From the NCBI RefSeq assembly GCF_009914755.1, contig NC_060925.1: a stretch of 64,000 bases of DNA. One strand, given 5' to 3'. The notes under the pieces were generated by a model. That model searched no databases and was not told the origin of the DNA. It saw only the letters and a program-made list of their open reading frames with translations. The stretch is from the human T2T-CHM13v2.0 reference genome, Homo sapiens. Position numbers and translations under genes: made by a program. This document shows positions 31,740 to 49,310 of the stretch, one piece after another; position 1 is the stretch's first letter; the number at the start of each line of letters is the position of its first letter.

Positions 31740-32155
31740 TGAATAGAATAACAATTCAGAAACAAACCCAGACCTGTTGACAAAACATGACCATGCCTTG
31801 GGAAAAGCATGCCTTTTCAGTAAATGGTTCTGGTCAATTGGATATGAATAAGGGGGAGGGGGAAGGAATTTTAACCTGTCTCACATTATGCTCCTAAATT
31901 AGTTATCTAAATGGATTGCTGATCTAAATGTGAAATGCAAAACAACCAAGCTTTTAGAATAAAACATAAAACATCTTCATAATTTTGAGTAGGCAAATAT
32001 TTCTTAAACATATTACATATTACAAAATATGCTAGGCATAAAAGAAAAAATCCAGCATACTATGATAATTTAATATATTAAAAAGGTCTCCACCTCACTA
32101 GTCATCTTGAAAAAGCAAATTAAAACTACAGTGATATACCACTACATACCTATCA
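31740..32155 (+). mobile_element. Old L1M (L1MD/ME-like) ORF2 3' fragment
   Basis: 'cttttcagtaaatggttctggtcaattggata...gcaaattaaaactacagtgatataccactac'. Confidence 0.75.
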
Positions 32156-32299
32156 TGGCACGATGCTGTCCCTCCAAAGGGAGGATGTGTAATATGAGTG
32201 AAATCCATGTAGAGAACGTTTCAAGGTGTTCTCGGACACAGGCAGAGTGAGCTCCAGGCCTTATTCCTTCTTTAGCTCTGCTTCTACCCAATTGCAATA

Positions 32300-33080
32300 T
32301 TCATTCCATGCTTGCTGTACACCTACACTGTAGAAGGCACTGAAGATTCAGTGGCCAATAAAACAGACATGAATCTTAGTGAAAGCTTATAAAATTTAGT
32401 GAAAACTCAATAGTCAACAAATAAACACAATCCCAAATATACAATTACAAATGGTATATGCTATGATGGGAAATAATAGTGTCTGTGAGACAGAATAATA
32501 TGGGAGGGGAAGAGCCAGTTTAAGCTAGGAAGGTAATCAGCAAGGGCAACAGAGGAAGTGCTATCTAAGCTGAAAGATGAAGAGAAGACTAGAGAGAAAA
32601 GCCCTCCAAGTAGAAGTAAGCATAAGGCAGGAGCATGGGCTTAGAATAGCAGAAAAAGGGGCAGTGAGGGTATCAATGGTGAGTCAGGTGACCGTGAGAG
32701 GAGCTGAAGCTCTAATGTGGAGTGGGGGTGAGGGGTGAGGGAGTCCTACAGGTCTTTGCAGATTATTTATGACTGAATTTTATGTTAAGTATACTGGAAG
32801 CCGTTATAGGGTTTTAAGCAGGAAAATAATATAGCTTGGTTTTGATTTTTTTTTTTTTAATGATCCTCTGGCTTCTGTGTGGAGGACAAATGGAAAGGAG
32901 CAAGGGTGGAAACCTGGAGACTAATTAGCAAGATGTATCCACTGTGCAAGTGGGAGATGAGATAGGCCTGGAGGTTCTCCAGGGGGACCCTGGAGATGGG
33001 GAGAAGTGGATGAGTCAAGTTATATTTTGGTGACAGAACCAATCAATTCTATAGATTGAGTATATGCCTCAGGTAAGAAG
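32300..33080 (-). mobile_element. L2
   Basis: 'ggttttaagcagg...tgatcctctggcttctgtgtggagg...ggagatggggagaagtgga'. Confidence 0.8.
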
Positions 33081-34040
33081 AGGGATTCATGTTTTCTAGT
33101 TCACAGAAGACAATCAGCTAATGGGAATGATTTCTTCCAGTCATGCACAGGAATTGTGATCGTTCAAAGACAGCACAGAAACTTTCCCTGAAAGAACTTC
33201 TGAATCTTCTCCTTCTTAGGAAAATGTTACAAGTTCCAGCTCTGTGGTTGTTAGATACAGTTGTTTTTTTTCCTCTTTTAAAATCCTCTGAAACAATTTC
33301 AGAAATAATATCTAAAACATTCCTGTATTGAAAGCATGTACTTACATCTAACCTAAATCCCTTATGTCATAAGGGTTAAATTCAGTTTCCTGTTGGAAAA
33401 TGGGTTCCTTTTTCCCAGCAGGAGGCAGTGTGATATTTTGGCAAAAATCTGGAAACCTCACTTCTCACCTTCTCCTCTGAGGCTTCTGTGCTGAGAATCC
33501 ACTTTATCTGCCATCCATGGGACTGCAGGAGGAAAAGGCCATCTTCCTTCGGCTGCTTCTGAGGAGGCTATTAAAAAGACAGCTTTACAGGACGTTTATA
33601 GTGCTCCTGATCCTAGAGGGCAGACCTGCAGGGCCTGGCAGGGGAGAGTGCGTGTGTGTGTGTTCTGGATGAGGCTGCTGTCTTCAAATCCAGATGGCCC
33701 ATGATGTCACTGGAAAAAACCCTGAAATGTGCTACAAGAAAGAACTTTTTTATGGCTCTCTGTGTAATGTTACCATACACTAGGCTTGAGGTGGGAGAAA
33801 AAGGAACTGAAACTTTCTTGCTCCACACAGCCTGGCCCATCTGTCACTTTGGGCTGCAGGGAAAGGAAGGGCTACAGGAAGGGAAGGGATTAGGTGGGAG
33901 GAGAGAAAAAAGCAAAAGGACAAAGGGAGTTGAGAACTAAACCTCTCATGTTCATACTGCCTCTGTGTCGTGTCAGAGGGTGCTTAGCATACCAGAGGAC
34001 AGCTCTTTGTCTATATGTGTGACGCTCCTAGCAGACTAGA

Positions 34041-35453
34041 TTTGAGATCAGCGTCTCTGCTGTTTGAGATCAGAGTCCCCGCCTTACTTACCTCTGTAAC
34101 CTTGGAACCAAACACAATGTCAATTACATAATGTTTTATTCCTTCACCACTGAACCTTACATAAGCAAGTGTTTGTGGTAGAACTTTGGGCAAGGTTGAG
34201 GTATATAGCTTGCTAATACAAGCATGTAAGATTTTAGAAGTGAATACCATTCAGAGCCTTAAGTTTAGGCTCTATACTTATATCTAAGCCATCTGTTTCA
34301 CTTCATGTCCAAGAAAACCTGATCCAGAAGGAGGAGAAACAAGCTAGACATGTTTTCCTTAAAAGCAGTGTCCCTGCTGTTTGAGATTAGAATCCCTGCC
34401 TTACTTACCTCTGTAACCTTGGAACCAAACACAATGTCTATTACATAATGTTAAAAGAATGGAGTTCTACAATGGAGCTACATTACTAAAGGCCATAGAA
34501 ACAAGAATCAGGAGAAAGAAAGAAAGGAATTATATTTTATTTGGTGTTCCATATGTGTTACACATCATAATAGACCATTTGCATACATTTTCCTTGTTGC
34601 TATTGTTCGAAGTAGAACTTAACTAACCCCACTTTACAGAGGAAAAACCTGAAGCTTAGAGAAAGTAAATCATGTGCCCAAGTACAGGCAGCAAGCACAG
34701 GCAGCATTCAAGCTCAGATCTGAATAATTCCAAAGCAATTCCCACTAGTATAGCATGCCTTTCTCAGAAAATGACCACTCCCCATTCTTCCCCACCTCAG
34801 ACATAAGGCAGAGAGAAAAAGTAAGCTATATATGGGAAGAAGGAGGCTGAAAATGTGAATCCTAACTCAGTACGCATTATAAATGAATCCACTATAACAC
34901 AGTATAGTAGACAGTGGATGCTTTTAGGGATACTTAAAGTTGGATTTGTTATAACTTTCTCACCATTTCTTTAACTTTCACTAATTGTCTGAGTTTCTGT
35001 AACTTTCACTGAACTGAAAGCAAGTTCTAAAGAGCCTAAGTTACTCAAGTAGTGGTGTATGTAGTAGGAAAGGATAGCTTACAGGGAGAACCACTCTCTA
35101 CTTAGATTAAGGATAAACCATGTCAACTTTGGTTCTTCAACTAAAAACCAATCAGAATGAAAATTAGTATAAAAGAAATGATCAAGAGTGACTCTGTAAA
35201 CATTTTGTAGTCAAACAGGAAGAAAATGCTTCTGATTTTATTCCTTCACCACTGAACCTTACATACGCAAGTGTTTGTGGTAGAACATTGGGCAAGGTTG
35301 AGGTATATAGCTTGCTAATAATACAAGCATGTAAGATTTTAGAACTGAATACCATTCAGAGTCTTAAGTTTAGACTCTATACTTATATCTAAGCCATCTG
35401 TTTCACTTCATGTCCAAGAAAACCTGGTCCAGAAGGAGGAGTAACATGCTAGA
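34041..35453 (+). repeat. Local interspersed duplication A-B-A'...B' (87 bp and 215/218 bp)
   Basis: A 34049-34135 vs A' 34366-34452 (6 mismatches); B 34134-34348 vs B' 35236-35453 (8 substitutions, one 3-bp indel). Confidence 0.97.
34520..34760 (-). mobile_element. MIR
   Basis: 'ccccactttacagaggaaaaacctgaagcttagagaaagtaaa'. Confidence 0.75.
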
Positions 35454-37697
35454 TTTTACAGCAGGTTAATGGCAGAAGTAGCACAGAAACCAGTGGTTGT
35501 ATTCCCCATTTAAGAGATTCTGTCACTATCTTAACAAGACATATAAGGCTTTGGATGCTAGCTCTACCCCAGCCACTCTGCTCTGGCAATTATAAAAGCA
35601 ATCTTTCAAGCCAGCATGTAAATTGTTCATCAAAATTTCTGCCTGTGCACAGCTAAAATGCCAAGAATTTTTTAACATTGTCCAGGTGACATCAAAAAGT
35701 GTAGAAAGTTTTGAGAGAAGTATGAGGATATTTTCCTCTTCTAGGGCTATCAGGGACATGTTACAGAGGACTACCAGGCCTGATAGGGAAATTCTAGCAG
35801 ACATTTCCTTAAAGACCAACATGCCACATACATATATTTTTCATGTGATTATGTAATAAAACTATCTTATTATCTGGCATCAAAATTCTTTTTAAAATCT
35901 TTTAAAAAAGGGAACACTTTCTATTTGGAAAAAATACCTTGCTCTGTGCTTAGAAATGAAGGAAAGCTATTAAGAGCCTATGTACTTTAGGGTTCAAAAT
36001 TTAATAGGAAATGATACAATTACTCAATTACTCTGCACTGGATGAAAATAGGAAATTTGTTTTTTTTTTAAGAGATGAAGATAGAAGGTTAAAATATAAA
36101 CAAAGGAGGAAGAAGAAAATAGGTGTCATGTGGAGGAAAAAACAAGGAAAAAAGAACCTTATTGGAAGCAAGTATGAACACCAATGCTATTTGAGAATAG
36201 AATACTTAGAATGGTGTTTGGTTTATTTTCTTTATTGTGTGACCCTTTCTTGTGACATTATCACTGTCCAAACTTTTAAATAATATTTTGTATGTTCACA
36301 GATATTTTGTGTGAGTTGTAATTCCTGGTTTTTGATTGTCTATTTGTTGCAGAAACTAATAAAAGTTGACATTAATAGAATAGACAGCAATGCAGAAAAA
36401 GAAACCTGATTCTGCCTGTGCTGTGACATTCATTATACACTTACCCAACAGTCTCACTGTAGAAAAAGGAGTAAACAATACTTCCAACTGATTTTATGAG
36501 GCCAACACAATGCTGATATTAAAACCTGATAAAGACATAGCAAAAATTAGCATTACAGACCAATAGTACACATGAACACAGATTCACAAATTCCTGAGAA
36601 AGTGAACAAAATAATTACCAAAAGGATAACATACCATACCATGTGGGATTTATTTCAGGGATGCAAGGTTGGTTTATCTTTCAAAAATAAATCTACGTAT
36701 TTACCACATTAGTAGACTAAAACAAAAAGCATATGATCACCACAACAGATTAGAAAAAACATTTGACAAGATTTAATGTCAATTTATGATTTTTAAAAAT
36801 CCCTGAGAGAACCAGTAATGTAAGAGAACTTCAAAAGTCATGACTGACATCATAATTAATGAAGAAAAATGATGATTATCCCTGAAGGTTATGAATAAGG
36901 CAAGAAGGTCCACCTTTAATACTTGCATTTAACGTTGTGCAGCTATCCCTAGCAAGTACAATAAAGCAAGAGAGAAAACTACAATACATAGAGTTTAAAA
37001 AGAAATAAAACTATCTTTCACAAAAATTATTATTGTTTATATGAAAAATCCTAAAAGCTCTACAAATAAACTATGAGAATTAATAAATGAATTTAGCTTA
37101 TTTGCAAGATGCAAGCTCAATATATAAGATCAGTTGTATTTTTGTGAAACTAGCAACAAATAATTAGAAAAATGAATTTTAACTTTAACATGTATAAAGC
37201 ATCCAAAAACATGAAATAGGAATAGCATGATAAAAGACTGGAAATACAATACACAGAAAATTTCAAAGCATTGTGGAGAGAGTAAAGACGATTAATATAT
37301 TTGACATTCCATGAAGTCAAAGATTCATTTTTAAGGTGTCAGTTGTCCTCAGTTGATCTGCAACACAATCTCAATCAAAATGGCAAAAGGTTTTTCTGAA
37401 GAAATTGAAACTGATTCCAAAATTTATATGAAAATGCAAAGAGCCAGAAGAATCTTTATTTTTTTTTCTTTTTTTAAAATTTATTTATTATTATTATACT
37501 TTAAGTTTTAGGGTACATGTGCACAATGTGCAGGTTAGTTACATATGTATACATGTGCCATGCTGCTGCGCTGCACCTATTAACTCGTCATCTAGCATTA
37601 GGTATATCTCCCAATGCCATCCCTCCCCTCTCCCCCCACCCCACAACAGTCCCCAGAGTGTGATGTTCCCCTTCCTGTGTCCATGTGTTCTCATTGT

Positions 37698-41512
<3,815 letters not shown>

Positions 41513-41575
41513 TATGATGTTAGCTGGTTATTTTGCTCGTTAGTTGATGCAGTTTCTTCCTAGTCTCGATGGTCT

Positions 41576-42590
41576 TTACATTTTGGCATGATTTTGCAGA
41601 GGCTGGTACCGGTTGTTCCTTTCCATGTTTAGCGCTTCCTTCAGGAGCTCTTTTAGGGCAGGCCTGGTGGTGACAAAATCTCTCAGCATTTGCTTGACTG
41701 TAAAGTATTTTATTTCTCCTTCACTTATGAAGCTTAGTTTGGCTGGATATGAAATTCTGGGTTGAAAATTCTTTTCTTTAAGAATGTTGAATATTGGCTC
41801 CCACTCTCTTCTGGCTTGTAGAGTTTCTGCCGAGAGATCTGCTGTTAGTCTGATGGGCTTCCCTTTGAGGGTTACCTGACCTTTCTCTCTGGCTGCCCTT
41901 AACATTTTTTCTTTCATTTCAACTTTGGTGAATCTGACAATTATGTGTCTTGGTGTTGCTCTTCTCGAGGAGTATCTTTGTGGCGTTCTCTGTATTCCCT
42001 GAATCTGAATGTTGGCCTGCCTTGCTAGACTGGGGAAGTTCTCCTGGATAATATCCTGCAGAGTGTTTTTCAACTTGGTTCTATTCTCCCCGTCACTTTC
42101 AGGTACACCAATCAGACATAGGTTTGGTCTTTTCAAATAGTCCCATATTTCTTGGAGGCTTTGCTCATTTCTTTTTATTCTTTTTTCTCTAAACTTCCCT
42201 TCTCGCTTCATTTCATTAATTTCATCTTCTGTCACTGATACCCTTTCTTCCAGTTGATTGCATTGGCTCCTGAGGCTTCTGCATTCTTCACGTAGTTCTC
42301 AAGCCTTGGTTTTCAGCTCCATCACCTCCTTTAAGCACTTCTCTGTATCGATTATTCTAGTTATACATTCTTCTAAATTTTTTTCAGTTTTCAGCTTCTT
42401 TGCCTTTGGTTTGAATGTCCTCCCGTAGCTCGGAGTAATTTGATCGTCTGAAGCCTTCTTCTCTCAGCTCATCAAAGTCATTCTCTGTCCAGCTTTATTC
42501 CGCTGCTGGTGAGGAACTGTGTTCCTTTGGAGGAGGAGAAGTGCTCTGCTTCTTAGAGTTTCCAGTTTTTCTGCTCTGTTTTTTCCCCAT
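41576..42590 (-). pseudogene. L1PA3 ORF1p pseudogene
   Basis: ATG at 42590; frameshift near 42385; C-terminal 219 aa open (...ERNNRYQPLQNHAKM). Confidence 0.93.
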
Positions 42591-43498
42591 CTTTGTGGTT
42601 TTATCTACTTTTGGTCTTTGATGATAGTGATGTGCAGGTGGGTTTTTGGTGTGGATGTCCTTTCTGTTTGTTAGTTTTCCTTCTAACAGACAGGACCCTC
42701 AGCTGCAGGTCTGTTGGAGTACCCGGCCATGTGAAGTGTCAGTCTTCCCCTGCTGGGGGGTGCCTCCCAGTTAGGCTGCTCAGGGGGTCAGGGGTCAGGG
42801 ACCCACCTGAGGAGGCTGTCTGCCCATTCTCAGATCTCCAGCTGCGTGCTGGGAGAACCACTGCTTTCTTCAAAGCTGTCAGACAGGGACATTTAAGTCT
42901 GCAGAGGTTACTGCTGTCTTTTTGTTTGTCTGTGCCCTGCCTCCAGAGGTGGAGCCTACAGAGGCAGGCAGGCCTCCTTGAGCTGTGGTGGGCTCCACCC
43001 AGTTCGAGCTTCCTGGTTGCTTTGTTTACCTAAGCAAGCCTGGGCAATGGCGGGCGCCCCTCCCCCAGCCTCGCTGCCGCCTTGCCGTTTGATCTCAGAC
43101 TGCTGTGCTAGCAATCAGTGAGACTCCGTGGGCATAGGACCCTCCAAGCCAGGTGTGTGATATAATCTCCTGGTTCAACGTTTTTTAAGCCCATCGGAAA
43201 AGCGCAGTATTCAGGTGGGAGTGACCCGATTTTCCAGGTGCTGTCTGTCACCACTTTCTTTGACTAGGAAAGGGAACTCCCTGACCCCTTGCGCTTCCCG
43301 AGTGAGGCAATGCCTCGCCCTGCTTCTGCTCGGGCACGGTGCATGCACCCACTGACCTGCACCCACTGTCTGGCACTCCCTAGTGAGATGAACCCGGTAC
43401 CTCAGATGGAAATGCAGAAATCACCCGTCTTCAGCATTGCTCATGCTGGGAGCTGTAGACTGGAGCTTTTCCTATTCGGCCATCTTGGCTCCTCCCGG
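42591..43498 (-). promoter_or_regulatory. L1 5'UTR: internal sense promoter (YY1 site near 43480) and antisense promoter/ORF0 region firing on the + strand
   Basis: 'ccatcttgg' YY1 site; ORF0 ATG at 43047; CpG-containing UTR; activity not demonstrable from sequence. Confidence 0.8.
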
Positions 43499-44592
43499 AG
43501 AAGAATCTTTAAAAGTAAAAAGAAGCTTGGAGTTTTATACTACCTGATTTGAAAGTTTTATATAAAGTCATAGCATACACAAAATTAACTGAAGGTGAAT
43601 TCCAGTCATAAAATATAAAATCATATCAATGTTAAGATAAACATAGGAGAGTGTCTTTGTCGTTATTGAGCAAGCAATGATTTCTTAGCTAGGCCATACC
43701 AAGGACTAAATACAAAAGGAACAATTGTAAATTGGATCTGCTTAAAATAAAAACTTATTTGCAAAATCAGCAAGATGGCAGCATAGAAGTACAAGTTTCT
43801 AGTCCCTATCTATCCCCTTACCAATTTGACAATCATCCACAGATGAAAATATCTTCACAAGAGCTCCAGAATATAACCCACACAGTGCATCACTGAGAGA
43901 GATCCCTCAGCTTAAGAGTTCTCTCATGGGGGAAAAGTGAGAGTAAAGTTAGTGTTCAGCTTTGCTTCAATCCTAGGCACAAAGCCAGGAAAGTGAGAGT
44001 GAATTGAGTATTCAACTTTCAATTGTGGACACTGGCACCTGGCCTGCTAGCCACCAATCCTGGTATCAGGTCCACTTGGCAGCAGGCAGTCTTGTCAAAA
44101 ACCCTTAACTAAGATGACTGGTGAAGAGCTTTCCATAAATAAGTTAGTCTGTAAAGACTGGGAAGGATGATGACTTCTTCAAATAAACAGATCCCAATGC
44201 AAGTCCACATGCATTATGAAGAATGAGAGAAAAATGACATGACGAAAGAAACAAAATAAAGTTCTGAAAACAGCCCTAAAGAAATAGAGATCTACAAACT
44301 ACCCAACAAGTAATTCAAAATAGTCACCTTAAGGAAGCTCATTGAGCTGCAAGGAAATAAAGATAGACAACAAAATGAAATTAAAAAAATGCCTGAACAA
44401 AATTAGAAGTTCATCAAAATGATAGACATCATTAAAAAGAAACAAACAGAAATTCTGGAGATGAAGAACACAATGACTGAACTGAAAAATTCAATAAAGA
44501 GCTTCAACAGCAGATTTAATCAAACTGAAGAAACAATCAATGAACTTGAAGACAAGTCATTTGCAGTTACGCAGTCAGAAGAACAAAAATAA

Positions 44593-47353
<2,761 letters not shown>

Positions 47354-48789
47354 GGATAAAAGGTGAGTGAAGAAAGCATTTGGGAATTATGGAACACCAT
47401 CAAGTGAGGTTATGGGACACCATCAAGTAAGCTAGCATATGTATTATAATACTACCAGAAAGAAAAGAGTGAGAGAAAGGAGAAAATAGCTTATAAGCTT
47501 ATTTAAAGATATAGTGACTGAAAAATTTCCAAATCTGTAGAAAGAAATGAAAATCCAAATTGATGAAGCCCAAAACCCCAAGTAGATTAAACCTAAAGGG
47601 GCCTACATCAAGATATTATAATTAAATTGTCAAAAGTCATAGACAAAAAAAATTTTTGAAAGCACAAGAGAAAATGACTTGTTGCACACAGGGGAATCTC
47701 CAGAAGACTCTCAATAAATGGATGTCTCAGCAGAAAAAATGCATGCCAAAAAGGAGTGTGATGATATAGTTAAAGCTTAAAGAAAAAAAAGAAATCTTGT
47801 CAACCAAGATTTCTATAACCAGCAAAACTATACTTTCAAAATGAAGGAGTGATCTATACTTTCCCAAACAAACAATAAGACTGAAAGAGTTCATCACCAT
47901 TAGACCTGATTTACAAGAAAAGATGAAGGTAACTCTTCAAGTTGAAGAGAAAGGATCCTAAATAGCAACATGAACACATGTAAAAGCATAAATCTCACTG
48001 GTAAAAAATACAGACAAATGAAGAATTATATAATAAATGTAATGGTGGTGTGTGAGTATTTTTAACCCTAATATAAAAGTTTAAATACAAAAGTATTAAG
48101 AAAAATATAACCAAAAATGTTGGTTAATGGATACAAAATATTAAGTGAATTTCAATATTGGGAACATAATGTGGAGGAGGTAGAGGGAGTAAATGTATAG
48201 AGTTTTTGTGTGCAAACAAGGTTAAATTGTTACCAGCTCAAAATAGACCCATAACAATATGAACTTTTATTCAAGCCTTGTAGTAACAACAAAGAAAAAA
48301 ACATAGTTGATACAAAAAAGATAAAAAGAATCAAAGTAGGTATTACAAAAATTTATCAAATATCAAATGAAGACAGCAGGAGAAGAAGAGATGAACAAAA
48401 GAACTACAAAGGAGACAGTAAGCAATTAAGAAAATGGCAAAGGTTAGTCATTACTTATCAATAATTACTTTAGCTGTAAATGTAAATGGATCAAAATAAT
48501 CCATCAAAAGACACAGAGTGGCTAAATGGATAAAAACAAGATACAACTATATTCTATCTACATGAGACCCACTTTAGATTTATGGACATACTGAAAGTGA
48601 AAAAGATATCCTATACAAATAGTAACTAAAGAAAGAAATGGGCTATACATACTTAGACAAAATAGAATTTAACTCAAAAATTGATACACAAGACAAAGAA
48701 GTTCATTATATAATAAAGAAAGGGATCAAATCAAAAGGAAGATGTAATAGTTATAAACATATATGCATTTCCCCACACCTCCCCCCACC

Positions 48790-49310
48790 CCCGGTAGGTT
48801 AAGTTCAAATAAAATCTCAGCAGGTGAAGCTCTGATTAAATAGATTTCCCAAAGGACAGGTTTTGTTAAGAAAATGGAATACTCTGGTGTATTTCAAAAT
48901 TGGTCCTTTTACCCTACCCCTGCAGGAATTGCAAGGGAAGTTTTCTTTAAAATTCACTGTGAGGACCTAGTAGAGATATCGTAAGTAAAACTCACAAAAT
49001 TATGGGGACCCCTGCTATAACTAGGTCCTCCTGGAGTTTCTAACTTTCAGAGTTGTCCACACTGAGCCTCTAGAAATTTGTAGATTACAGTTTAGATTTT
49101 CCTTCCCCAGTATTGGTTCTTTTGGAGGTTTCTGCTTTGCTAAGTTACAATTCTCTGTTTCTGCTTATCTGTCTCTCCAATTTTGGGAACAGCAATTTGC
49201 CCTGTGACCTCACTTCTCTGACAGATTTAAGAAGAGTTGACTGGCAATTTGTTCAGCTTTTTACTTTTTAAGATGAAGTGATGACTTCTAAACTTTCTAC
49301 ATCTCATCTG
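48790..49310 (-). mobile_element. Old L1M 5'UTR fragment
   Basis: 'tttgccctgtgacctcacttctctgacagatttaagaagagttga...tgttcagctttttactt...gtgatgacttc'. Confidence 0.7.

Noticed and set aside
34049-35453. Repeat-spacer (CRISPR-like) array or spliced retrocopy
   Set aside because: Only two copies of each unit in eukaryotic DNA; junctions are not GT-AG, and there is no polyA
35526-36283. Overlapping 77-98 aa ORFs in unique DNA
   Set aside because: No domain similarity or splice context; lengths compatible with chance
47387-47431. Short tandem duplication (also 49327-49354 and 57867-57888)
   Set aside because: Ordinary slippage duplications of 11-23 bp
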